The notes beneath the pieces were generated by a model. That model did not search any database and was not told the origin of the DNA. It was given only the letters and a program-made list of their open reading frames with translations. A stretch of DNA of 64,000 nt from Candidatus Woesebacteria bacterium GW2011_GWB1_33_38 (GTDB taxonomy: Bacteria; Patescibacteriota; Microgenomatia; UBA8517). Made by a program: the position numbers and the translations under genes. The stretch's first letter is position 1, and each line of letters begins with the position of its first letter. Shown piece after piece: positions 1 to 8,872 of the stretch. Location of the stretch: assembly GCA_000990005.1 (NCBI GenBank), contig LBPF01000006.1:33615-97614 (forward strand), given 5' to 3'.

Positions 1-2
1 CT

Positions 3-695
3 TTTTCAAATTTAGAAAATCCAATTACTGAAAACTGTAAAAGACATGTAGGGGGTTTTACTTTTTGCACGACACCAGAAATTGCCAAGGGACTCAAATT
101 TGCAGGTATTGATGTTGTAACTCTTGCCAATAATCATTCAGAAAATTACGGAAAAGAAGGTTTGGAAGAAACAAAATCTCAACTAACTACATTAGGGATT
201 AAATCAGTTGGATATGGCAACCTAGAAAAATTTCAAAAAAATGAAATTAAATTTGGCTTTTTAGGATTTAACTACACTTTTAACACAACTAACTTAGGAA
301 ACGATCTGAAAGTTATAAAAGATTCAGATTCTAAAGTTGATATTTTAATTGTAGGTCCACATTGGGGAGATGAATACAAATCAATTGCTAATAATTTTCA
401 AGTAAAGGCGGCACACTCGATGATTGATTCTGGGGCAGATGTTGTTATTGGTCATCATCCTCATTGGGTGCAAAATTTTGAAGAAATAAACGGCAAACCT
501 GTTTATTATTCACTTGGGAATTTTATTTTTGATCAGATGTGGAGTGAGGAAACTAAAAAGGGCTTGATTGTTAAAATGACATTTGACACACCTGAAGGTG
601 AGGCTGATGTAAAATTAGTCAAAAGGGAAGAATTTAAAACCTATATCTCCAAAATCGGCCAGCCCGAAATTGTAGAACAAAATATATCAGACTAG
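3..695 (+). CDS. CapA/PGA_cap family metallophosphoesterase (5' partial, runs off window)
   Basis: Frame open from window start; motifs LANNH, HWGDEY, GHHPH, YSLGNF. Confidence 0.9.
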   Translation, partial: FSNLENPITENCKRHVGGFTFCTTPEIAKGLKFAGIDVVTLANNHSENYGKEGLEETKSQLTTLGIKSVGYGNLEKFQKNEIKFGFLGFNYTFNTTNLGNDLKVIKDSDSKVDILIVGPHWGDEYKSIANNFQVKAAHSMIDSGADVVIGHHPHWVQNFEEINGKPVYYSLGNFIFDQMWSEETKKGLIVKMTFDTPEGEADVKLVKREEFKTYISKIGQPEIVEQNISD

Positions 696-703
696 ATCGA
701 TTG

Positions 704-786
704 TGCCAAGGCTAGGATTCGAACCTAGGTATCCTTTCGGAGCGAGTTCTACAGACTCGTGTAATTGACCACTCTACCACCTTGGC
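704..786 (-). tRNA. tRNA-Tyr(GUA)
   Basis: GCCAAGG/CCTTGGC acceptor, anticodon loop CT-GTA-GA, long variable arm, GTTCGAATC; CCA not encoded. Confidence 0.95.
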
Positions 787-807
787 TAACAAAATATTGT
801 ACGACTG

Positions 808-879
808 AGCCTGAGGCGAGAGTCGGACTCGCGACCTTAACTTTACAAAAGTTCTGCTCTACCACTGAGCTACCCAGGC
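808..879 (-). tRNA. tRNA-Thr(UGU)
   Basis: GCCTGGG/CTCAGGC acceptor, TAGCTCAGTGGTAGAGC D-arm, loop TT-TGT-AA; T-loop reads TCCGACT. Confidence 0.9.
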
Positions 880-922
880 TAATTTAACTCAAAGTGAATT
901 ATATCAAATTTTTTGTTAAAAA

Positions 923-1072
923 TTGGTCCCGTCAGAAAAGAGCCTCGGTGAATTTCCTGAATTACTCCAGGTGGGTGAACTATCTAAAATCATTATAATC
1001 CTAGAAACTGTCCTCCCAATTCAACGATTTAGTCAGGAAAATCTGACCTCAACCCTAATCAAACAGGACCAA
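923..1072 (-). ncRNA. 6S RNA-like long hairpin ncRNA (candidate)
   Basis: Ends pair (TTGGTCCTGTT/GACGGGACCAA, G-U pairs only on minus strand), inner helix TTTCCTGA/TCAGGAAA, central bubble, apical stem; TGaTATAAT just upstream, T-run downstream. Confidence 0.6.
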
Positions 1073-1077
1073 ATATA

Positions 1078-1701
1078 TTATATCAAATTTGGAAGCAATA
1101 TTTTCAAGAACAAATTAATAGCAGGAGAAATAATGGAGGAAACAAGAGAGGATCCACCAAACGAAGGTAAAATTAAAAAAATCAAAATAATTGTCCCAAA
1201 TCTACTCAAAAAGGATTCGGCTTGGTATGCATACTGCTTTGGAAGAATACCTACTAATATTTTTCCTCCGTCTAAAGGATGAATTGGAATTAGGTTAAAA
1301 ATTGCCAAAGAAACATTTAAAATAACAAAAGGCACTGCAATTATTGCAAAAATTGGTACAAATCGAGCTGTAATTGCAAATATTAAGGCAAGAATTAAAT
1401 TTGAAGCAGGACCTGCAAAAGAAATTATGGCAGAATCACGTCGTGGATTTTTTAAATTATATTGATCAATTTCTACAGGTTTTGCCCAACCAAAAGGAAT
1501 AACTGGAGCTCCAAGAGACCTCATTATTGAAAGAACCAAAAGTAGTGTTGTGCCTATTGGGTCATAATGAACCAGGGGATTTAAAGAAAGTCTTCCCATA
1601 AGTCTTGCTGTTGGATCCCCAAGTCTATCTGCCATGTAGGCATGACTAGCTTCATGAATAGTGATTGCTACAACAAAAGCTAAAATCCAAATTAAAGTCA
1701 T
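1078..1701 (-). CDS. Site-2 protease family (M50) membrane metalloprotease
   Basis: HEASH and NLIPIHPLDG motifs; hydrophobic. Confidence 0.92.
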   Translation of the reverse strand: MTLIWILAFVVAITIHEASHAYMADRLGDPTARLMGRLSLNPLVHYDPIGTTLLLVLSIMRSLGAPVIPFGWAKPVEIDQYNLKNPRRDSAIISFAGPASNLILALIFAITARFVPIFAIIAVPFVILNVSLAIFNLIPIHPLDGGKILVGILPKQYAYQAESFLSRFGTIILIFLILPSFGGSSLVSSIISPAINLFLKILLPNLI

Positions 1702-1749
1702 AATTGTAACTTTACCATTTTATTAGTATAATTAGTATAATTTGCCACT

Positions 1750-1947
1750 ATGAGTATGATGTGTGAGAAATGCAACAAGGTAAAAGTCTTTGGATCTAGC
1801 CAATCCCATGGACGTGGTGTTGCTGGAAAAAGATGGAACAAAAGAGCGCAAGAAACTAAAAGATTGTTTTCTCCTAATCTTCAAATGTATAAAAGCCAAA
1901 AACTTTGTACAAGTTGTCTTAAAAAATTGAAGGGTACGAAGAAATAA
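1750..1947 (+). CDS. rpmB: 50S ribosomal protein L28 (Zn-binding type)
   Basis: CEKC..TKRLFSPNLQ..CTSC. Confidence 0.9.
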   Translation: MSMMCEKCNKVKVFGSSQSHGRGVAGKRWNKRAQETKRLFSPNLQMYKSQKLCTSCLKKLKGTKK

Positions 1948-1957
1948 GCAAAGCTTG

Positions 1958-2779
1958 TCACTTCGCGATAAATTGTTTAAAACTTACAGGGTTTTTTCCT
2001 TCAAGTTGAACTTTATCTAAAACTAATTCACTATTTTCTAGGTGGCATTTCAAAACTTTTAGTCGCTTTGCTTGCCCTGATGAGTCTTGACGAAGAAGAG
2101 TCCAAATTCCTGGCCAAGGGTAATATGCTCTTAATTTCGCTTCAATTTGTTTTGGATCATCTTTTTCTAAATCTACAAATCCATCTTGTTTTTTTATTAT
2201 TTTGCAATAAGTTGCTTGAGTTTCGTCCTGCGGTTTCAATTTTATTTTGCCTTTAGAATAATTAGGTATTAGATTAATTAGAAATTCAGAAGCTAGTTCA
2301 AACAATCGGACACTTAGGGTTTCGAAAGTGTCAGTAAGCAGAATATCCGTTTTAAATGAAGATAATACAGGTCCATGATCCATTTTTTCATCCATTTTAA
2401 TTATGGATACACCCGTTGTTTTATCAAGATTTGTGATTGCCGATTGAATAGGCGAGGCACCTCTGTATTTAGGTAAGATTGATGGGTGGATATTTAATAT
2501 TCCATGTTTAAAATGATCAAGTGTAGTTTGTGGAATAATCATGCCAAATGCAGCACAAACTCCCAAGTGCGCCTGTGGAAATTTCTGTATATCTAATTCA
2601 CTTAATATCTTTATATCTTTTTTGTATGCCCATTTATCAACGGCAGAATATTCGATAGTTTTTTCCCTGCCAACAGGTTTTGGAGATTGCGTCACCACCG
2701 CGACAATTTCATGGTATTTATTCAAAAGATCTAAAACTGGTAAAACATAATCTGGTGTACCAAAAAAAACAATTTTCAT
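1958..2779 (-). CDS. fmt: Methionyl-tRNA formyltransferase
   Basis: IVFFGTP, NIHPSILPKYRGASP, MDHGP. Confidence 0.96.
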   Translation of the reverse strand: MKIVFFGTPDYVLPVLDLLNKYHEIVAVVTQSPKPVGREKTIEYSAVDKWAYKKDIKILSELDIQKFPQAHLGVCAAFGMIIPQTTLDHFKHGILNIHPSILPKYRGASPIQSAITNLDKTTGVSIIKMDEKMDHGPVLSSFKTDILLTDTFETLSVRLFELASEFLINLIPNYSKGKIKLKPQDETQATYCKIIKKQDGFVDLEKDDPKQIEAKLRAYYPWPGIWTLLRQDSSGQAKRLKVLKCHLENSELVLDKVQLEGKNPVSFKQFIAK

Positions 2780-2783
2780 ATAA

Positions 2784-3317
2784 TCAAATTTCTATTTCTT
2801 CCCACTCATCATTTTTGTCTAATTTGTAAAGTTTTTTCTTTTGTTCAAGAAGTCTATCTACAAATAATTTTCCATTCAAATGATCAATTTCATGCAAGAT
2901 TATTTGAGCATTAAATCCATTAAATTCCTCAATGATCTCTTTTTGGTTTTCGTCCAAATATTTTAGTTTTACTGTATCCTCTCTTTTTAATGGTCCGTAA
3001 TAATGGGGTAGTGATAGACAGCCCTCTAGTATCTCAGATTTAGCCTTTTTGTTACGGGTTACGGGTAACGAGTTATTAATTTCTAAAATCTTGGGATTAA
3101 CAACAACTCTTTTTAAGTTTTTGAAGTTGGTTACAAAAGCTCGTAAATTTATGCCTATCTGGGGTGCAGCAAGACCAACTCCTTCAGGATCATTTTGAAT
3201 TGCTAGCGTGTCTTTCAAGTTTTGAATTAAAGCTATTATCTTTTTGTCAAATTTATCTACGGGTTTACTAATCTCTCTTAGTTTTTTCTCTCCTGACTGG
3301 ATAATTTTTTGTATCAT
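2784..3317 (-). CDS. def: Peptide deformylase
   Basis: GVGLAAPQIG, EGCLS, HEIDH. Confidence 0.97.
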   Translation of the reverse strand: MIQKIIQSGEKKLREISKPVDKFDKKIIALIQNLKDTLAIQNDPEGVGLAAPQIGINLRAFVTNFKNLKRVVVNPKILEINNSLPVTRNKKAKSEILEGCLSLPHYYGPLKREDTVKLKYLDENQKEIIEEFNGFNAQIILHEIDHLNGKLFVDRLLEQKKKLYKLDKNDEWEEIEI

Positions 3318-3326
3318 GTGAAGCTA

Positions 3327-3533
3327 TTATATATCAATTTTGGCATCTTTGAGAATTGACATTGTAATACCACGACCCAAATCACTTCCTTTATGAACAG
3401 GGACACTCACAATAACTTTTTTGACTGAATGGTAAAAAATATTATGACTTCCTTCAGTTCTTGATAATCTGAATCCATCCTTCTTCAAAATTTTAATTAA
3501 CTTTCTCGCATTAAAAACTGCCATTTTAGGCAT
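3327..3533 (-). CDS. hicA: HicA family toxin (mRNA interferase)
   Basis: GF..RTEGSH..VPVH..L.RG..SILKDA. Confidence 0.9.
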   Translation of the reverse strand: MPKMAVFNARKLIKILKKDGFRLSRTEGSHNIFYHSVKKVIVSVPVHKGSDLGRGITMSILKDAKIDI

Positions 3534-3792
3534 AAGAAAAACTTTGATTTTTAGTGAAAATTTTACTCAGATCAAATGTTTCCACACTTTCTAAACCTTC
3601 ATCTTTAGTTATTGTTTGATTTTCACTTTGTAAAACTTTTAAATACCCAGTAATTGCTTCTCTGATGTTGCTTTTAGCTTCTTCAATTGTTTTACCTTGC
3701 GAATGGCAACCAACAAGAGAAGGTACGTATGCATGATAATATTTCCCATCCCTTTTTATAATAATTCTATATGTAAGAATATTTGTGTCCAT
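3526..3792 (-). CDS. hicB: HicB family antitoxin (short, no DNA-binding domain)
   Basis: VPSLVGCHSQGKTIEEAKSNIREAI; lies upstream of and overlaps hicA. Confidence 0.9.
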   Translation of the reverse strand: MDTNILTYRIIIKRDGKYYHAYVPSLVGCHSQGKTIEEAKSNIREAITGYLKVLQSENQTITKDEGLESVETFDLSKIFTKNQSFSYA

Positions 3793-3814
3793 GTTTGAAT
3801 TATATCATATCAAA

Positions 3815-5692
3815 TTATTGAATCTCACCCAAATACTTTTTTGTTAATTCGTCTTTAGGGTCTATTTTTTCTAAGATATATTTTAACTCATTTTCAGCCT
3901 TTTCAAACTCATGAAGATCAATAAAGGTAAGTCCTAATGCAAACCTTGCATCTTTGTAATTTGGTTTTAATTCTACTGATTTTGTAAAATAAACGGCTGC
4001 GTTGTTTAAATCATTTATTTTTAAGTAATAAATACCAATTTGATAATAATTCTTTGGATCATTGGGGACATTTTTGCTGGCATCTTTTAAAGTGTCAATA
4101 GCTTCTTGATATTTAGCGTTTCTAGAGTAAATACTTGATAGTGATCTTCTGAGGTTTATATTATAGGAAGAAAGTGAGACTGCCTTTTTAGCTAAATCGA
4201 TATTCCCTTGAGATACCGCAAGTTCATTGATATATAGGGCTTCGTTAGGAGAATACTTTAAAGATTTCAAAATTTCTTGTTTAGCCATTGGTAAATTTCC
4301 TGATTTATTAAAGAGTTTGGCTTTATTGTAGTGAATGTCAGCCAGCCAATATCTAGAGATCATAAGTAATAAGTAATAAGTAATAAATATAACTCCAACA
4401 ATAAAAACCCATTGCATTATGTTTGATTGCTTCAGTTTTTGCCATTCTACATCCTGCTTACTACTTACTACTGCCATAGCTGGGAACAAAAAGAACAAAA
4501 GTGAAACTGGAACAACTGAAAAGCCAAAGAAATTTGTTATTAATATTCCAACATATCCTGTTAAAAATTCATATCTTTTGGATTTTAGTAAAACGTAAAG
4601 AGTAAAAGTAATAATTACTAAGTAACTTAAAAATCCTAATATTCCAGTATTTGCCAAATAATTTAAAAATTCATTGTGTGCCTTGTTATATATAAAGTCC
4701 CACTCAGAAGTTAAGTTGTGTTCCATGGGTTTATAGACTGGAAAGGAAAATGCAAAAGTTTCAGGACCAGTTCCTAGAATTGGATGAGATCTAAAAACAT
4801 TGAAGGCACCCAGCCAAACATACTTTCGAATGGTTCCTGACTCTGTACCACCAACCTCAAGGGCTGGACCGCTTGAAACAGTAATCAGTGAACGGTAATC
4901 AGTGAACGGTGAAGAAAAAATAAAAAATAAAATTAAGAAAGAAAAATTAAGAATTAAGAATCCTTTTACAAACTTAAATTTATTTTTATAAAATATAAAT
5001 CCCCAGAAAATTATAAATTCAATACCAAAAGACAAAAGACCAGATCTTGATCCTGTAAATAATAATGTAACAAAAAATAAAATAGAAAACAGGCTATAGG
5101 CTATATGTTTCATGCTATATGCCCAAGTAATTGGAATTAATGCAACCAATATTGCAGCAAGCCAATTGGGTTGCCCAAGGGTTGAAAAAACTCTGGTTTG
5201 TACATCTTGTACCCAACAAGATTCTGTCCATCCCAAATTCATTAATCCGCAAGTTATAAACAGGCCAAAATGTTCGAGGATCGCAAGTATGCTTGCTATA
5301 AAAGTAGAAAGTAGTACGTAGTATGTAGTATGTAAAGCTTGCCTTTTGCTTAAATTGCTGACGAAGGCCCAATATAATAGGACGTAGCAGATTTGAGAAA
5401 TTAGGCCTCCATTAAAGCGTGAATAGTAGCCTAAAATTGAAGTTCGTGGGTCAATGGAAAAAAGTGTACTAAGTAAAAAGAAAAAAAGATATAAAGTGAG
5501 TGGAATATCTAGTATTGTGCGACGAAAGATAAGTTTCTTTTGGAGTATTGATTGATAGGACCAAGTAGTTACAATTAATGTGGTCATCATGTAAAGGAAA
5601 ACTATTTTGTTAAATTCAAAAAGTTCTGATGTTGTTTTAAAGAAAAGAAGTGGAATAAAGGCGAATAATATGTTAAAAAGTACAGGAATCAT
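3815..5692 (-). CDS. O-antigen ligase-like (Wzy_C) membrane protein with C-terminal TPRs
   Basis: RVFSTLGQPN, TGSRSG, GTGPETF, AHNEFL, TPR tail; start set at MIPVLF. Confidence 0.88.
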   Translation of the reverse strand: MIPVLFNILFAFIPLLFFKTTSELFEFNKIVFLYMMTTLIVTTWSYQSILQKKLIFRRTILDIPLTLYLFFFLLSTLFSIDPRTSILGYYSRFNGGLISQICYVLLYWAFVSNLSKRQALHTTYYVLLSTFIASILAILEHFGLFITCGLMNLGWTESCWVQDVQTRVFSTLGQPNWLAAILVALIPITWAYSMKHIAYSLFSILFFVTLLFTGSRSGLLSFGIEFIIFWGFIFYKNKFKFVKGFLILNFSFLILFFIFSSPFTDYRSLITVSSGPALEVGGTESGTIRKYVWLGAFNVFRSHPILGTGPETFAFSFPVYKPMEHNLTSEWDFIYNKAHNEFLNYLANTGILGFLSYLVIITFTLYVLLKSKRYEFLTGYVGILITNFFGFSVVPVSLLFFLFPAMAVVSSKQDVEWQKLKQSNIMQWVFIVGVIFITYYLLLMISRYWLADIHYNKAKLFNKSGNLPMAKQEILKSLKYSPNEALYINELAVSQGNIDLAKKAVSLSSYNINLRRSLSSIYSRNAKYQEAIDTLKDASKNVPNDPKNYYQIGIYYLKINDLNNAAVYFTKSVELKPNYKDARFALGLTFIDLHEFEKAENELKYILEKIDPKDELTKKYLGEIQ

Positions 5693-6761
5693 GTCTATTT
5701 TTAAAAGTATACCAAATCCAGTAAATTTAATCCTAGGGTTTTTCTCAACTGACTTAGGAATTGATCTAGGAACAGCAAACACACTTGTTTATATTAAAGG
5801 TAAAGGTGTTTCTGTTCGTGAACCATCAGTGGTTGCCAGAAACAAAAAGACCAAGGAGATTTTGGCAATTGGATCAAGTGCTAAAAAGATGTTAGGTCGA
5901 GCTCCAATTTCTATTGAAGTAATCAGGCCTTTGAAAGATGGAGTTGTTGCTGACTTTGATGCAACCGCCTCAATTCTTCTTCATTATATTAAAAAAGTTC
6001 ATGAAACTGGAGGAAACATACCTAAAATTCCTAGGCCTCATGTTATAGTTGGAATTCCGTCGGGAGTTACAGACGTTGAACGAAGAGCTGTTGCTGACGC
6101 TTGTATGGATGCAGGATGCAGGCGAGTTGATTTAGTTGAAGAACCAATGGCTGCTGCAATTGGAGCCAATTTAGAGGTTAATTCTCCTGAGGGTAATTTC
6201 ATAGTGGATATTGGTGGTGGAACCTCTGAAATTGCTGTTATCTCTTTGGGTGGGACAGTAATTGGAAAATCTTTACGTGTTGCGGGGGATGAAATGGATG
6301 AGGCCATTATTAACTACGTTAAACTTAAATATTCACTTCTGTTGGGTCAACCATCTGCAGAAGCGGTGAAAATTGCAATTGGTTCGGCAATAAGTTTAGA
6401 GAAGGAAAAATCTCATGTTATAAGAGGAAGAGATTTGGAAAACGGGCTTCCTAGGTCAATAAAAATAACAGACAGTGAGATTAGAGAAGCATTAGGGCCT
6501 ATTATTCACGAAGTAATCACAGCTATATCAGATGTGTTAGAAGAAACTCCACCTGAACTTGTGAGTGACATAATGGAAAGAGGGATTTATTTAGCAGGTG
6601 GTGGCGCAATGATTCATGGAATTGATAAAGCAATTTCTGATGCAACCAAAATGCCAGTATATATTGCAGAAGATCCTCTAACCTGTGTAGTTCGAGGTTG
6701 TGGAATGCTTTTGGAAAACCCAACACTTCTTAATAGAATTAGAATTACAAAAGGACTATAA
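5691..6761 (+). CDS. mreB: Rod shape-determining protein MreB
   Basis: GIDLGTANT, VDIGGGTSE, LAGGGA; start uncertain. Confidence 0.96.
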   Translation: MSIFKSIPNPVNLILGFFSTDLGIDLGTANTLVYIKGKGVSVREPSVVARNKKTKEILAIGSSAKKMLGRAPISIEVIRPLKDGVVADFDATASILLHYIKKVHETGGNIPKIPRPHVIVGIPSGVTDVERRAVADACMDAGCRRVDLVEEPMAAAIGANLEVNSPEGNFIVDIGGGTSEIAVISLGGTVIGKSLRVAGDEMDEAIINYVKLKYSLLLGQPSAEAVKIAIGSAISLEKEKSHVIRGRDLENGLPRSIKITDSEIREALGPIIHEVITAISDVLEETPPELVSDIMERGIYLAGGGAMIHGIDKAISDATKMPVYIAEDPLTCVVRGCGMLLENPTLLNRIRITKGL

Positions 6762-6780
6762 CAAGTAGTATTATAGATTC

Positions 6781-8271
6781 ATGCAGACATATGCTTCAAC
6801 TAAGCAAAATCAATCTTGGTTTTCGTGGTTTTTACGAGGCGTTTTAATTTTGGGGTTTTTAATTTTAGTAGGCAGGCTTGTTGAACTTCAAATAATAAAG
6901 GGTAATTTTTATAGAAACTTATCTGAAGGAAATAGAATTGAAAGAATTAAAATACCAGCTCAAAGGGGAAAGATTTTGGCTCGTGGTGGGGAAGTTTTGA
7001 CAGGATCTGATTTTTCTCATATCACGGGTTATTTAGCAGAAACTAATGAAAACGAAGTGGGTAAAATTGATCCTAATTGTATAGAAAAAGGCCCTTTTAA
7101 ATTAGGTCAGATTGTTGGTCGAGGAGGATTACAAGAAAGATATAATTGTATTTTGTCTGGCATAGATGGAGAAGAACTAATTGAAGTTAATAGTCTGGGA
7201 GAAAAAATAAGAGAGATTGGTATTAAAAAGCCCGTCACAGGAAGCGACGTAAAAACTAATATTGATTACAATTTACAAAAAACTATTGCAAAAGAAATGG
7301 AAGGAAAACTTGGATCAGTTGTGGCAACAGACAAAAAAGGGCATGTTTTGTCTTTATTTTCATCTCCAACTTTTGATCCAAATGACATACAAAAGGCACT
7401 TACCGATTCACAATTACCGCTTTTTAATAGAGCAATTGGAGGCTTGTATCACCCTGGTTCTATCTTTAAGCCTTTAGTTGCAATTGTAGCCCTTGAAGAT
7501 AAAAAGATAGATGCCGATTTTAGGTTTAACGACACAGGGGTAGTAACAGTTGAATCAATTTATGGAAACTATTCATATACTAATTGGTACTATACCCAGT
7601 ATGGTGGAATGGAGGGGGAAGTTGATGTAACCCGTGCTCTTGCCAGATCAACTGACACTTTTTTTTATACGATCGGAGAGCGTGTGGGCATTAATTTACT
7701 TGTTGATTGGATGAAAAAATTTGGGTTAACAAAATTAACGGATATTGATTTAAATGGCGAAGTTTTATCTTTAATCCCTTCACCAGACTGGAAAGAAAAA
7801 GTAAAAAAAGAAAAATGGTTTTTGGGAAATACATATCACTTTTCAATTGGTCAGGGGGATTTGGCTACGACTCCAGTTGGAATCCATAGAGCAGATTTGA
7901 CTGTTTTAAATGGCGGTAAACTTTGTAATTTGAAAATTGTTGGAGATACGACTTGCATAAATTTAACGACGAAGTCGGTTACTTTAATTAAAAATTTAAA
8001 ATTGGTAGAAGAAGGAATGAAAATGGTGTGTCAGACTGGGGGTACTGGTTATACTTTTTTTGACTGGGAAACCAAACATAATGGTCAAAATGTACTTTGT
8101 AAAACAGGTACTGCAGAAACAAATGAGGATAATAAAACTCATGCTTGGTTTATTGCATCCTTAGATGATTTAGTCTTAACTGTAATGGTGGAGAAATCGG
8201 GAGAAGGTAGTAAAGTTGCTGGACCTATCGCTAGAAGTATTTTTGATGATTATTTTAAGGTCCGACCTTGA
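6781..8271 (+). CDS. mrdA: Penicillin-binding protein 2 (class B transpeptidase)
   Basis: N-terminal TM, PGSIFK (SxxK), STD, KTGTAE; follows mreB. Confidence 0.88.
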   Translation: MQTYASTKQNQSWFSWFLRGVLILGFLILVGRLVELQIIKGNFYRNLSEGNRIERIKIPAQRGKILARGGEVLTGSDFSHITGYLAETNENEVGKIDPNCIEKGPFKLGQIVGRGGLQERYNCILSGIDGEELIEVNSLGEKIREIGIKKPVTGSDVKTNIDYNLQKTIAKEMEGKLGSVVATDKKGHVLSLFSSPTFDPNDIQKALTDSQLPLFNRAIGGLYHPGSIFKPLVAIVALEDKKIDADFRFNDTGVVTVESIYGNYSYTNWYYTQYGGMEGEVDVTRALARSTDTFFYTIGERVGINLLVDWMKKFGLTKLTDIDLNGEVLSLIPSPDWKEKVKKEKWFLGNTYHFSIGQGDLATTPVGIHRADLTVLNGGKLCNLKIVGDTTCINLTTKSVTLIKNLKLVEEGMKMVCQTGGTGYTFFDWETKHNGQNVLCKTGTAETNEDNKTHAWFIASLDDLVLTVMVEKSGEGSKVAGPIARSIFDDYFKVRP

Positions 8272-8300
8272 AAGTTAAATCAGTATAAAGGTCGGACCTT
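8257..8300. repeat. REP-like doublet AAGGTCCGACCTT-N18-AAGGTCGGACCTT
   Basis: 13-bp inverted arms; same arms and spacing at 17453-17496. Confidence 0.85.
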
Positions 8301-8311
8301 GTTAGAAAAAT

Positions 8312-8872
8312 ATGAATTTGTATATTTTGGGGAAATTAAAAAAAGAAGATAAGAGGGCGGTGGCAATTGTGGGAACTAGACTACCTACTGAAAGAGGAAA
8401 AAAATTAACAGAAGAATTTGTTAAAGAACTTGTTAAAAACGAAATAACAATTGTTTCAGGGTTGGCGCGCGGAATTGACACAATTGCGCATCTTGCAGCA
8501 CTAAATTGTGGAGGCAGAACAATTGCAGTAATCGGCTCAGGTCTTAATGTTATTTATCCTCCTGAGAATAAAAAGCTGGCAGAGGAAATTTCAAAAAATG
8601 GAGCTTTGGTATCAGGTTTTCCATATGGCACAAAACCTGAGGGTAAAAACTTTCTGGCCAGAAATCAGTTGATTGTAAAATTATCAAAAGCAGTTTTAGT
8701 TATTGAAGGTAAAGCACGATCTGGTACAATCTCCACCGCTAATCATGCAGCTAACGATGGAGTAGAGGTCTTTGCAATCCCAGGCTCTGAAGCAACTGAT
8801 TATTTAATTGAAAATGGAGCAACACCTGTACAAAAGGCATTCGAGATAGTAGATTATTTAGATACATTATGA
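8312..8872 (+). CDS. dprA: DNA-processing protein DprA (Rossmann core only)
   Basis: VAIVGTR, VSGLARGIDT.AH, FLARN, SGT. Confidence 0.93.
   Translation: MNLYILGKLKKEDKRAVAIVGTRLPTERGKKLTEEFVKELVKNEITIVSGLARGIDTIAHLAALNCGGRTIAVIGSGLNVIYPPENKKLAEEISKNGALVSGFPYGTKPEGKNFLARNQLIVKLSKAVLVIEGKARSGTISTANHAANDGVEVFAIPGSEATDYLIENGATPVQKAFEIVDYLDTL

Noticed and set aside
796-805. Third GTCGTACAAT match between the tRNAs
   Set aside because: A single 10-mer without a partner arm could arise by chance
2071-2125. Hammerhead-like core CTGATGA-GTC-TT-GAC-GAAG antisense to fmt
   Set aside because: GAAA is GAAG and no stem III could be formed; better explained as a mini-hairpin insertion
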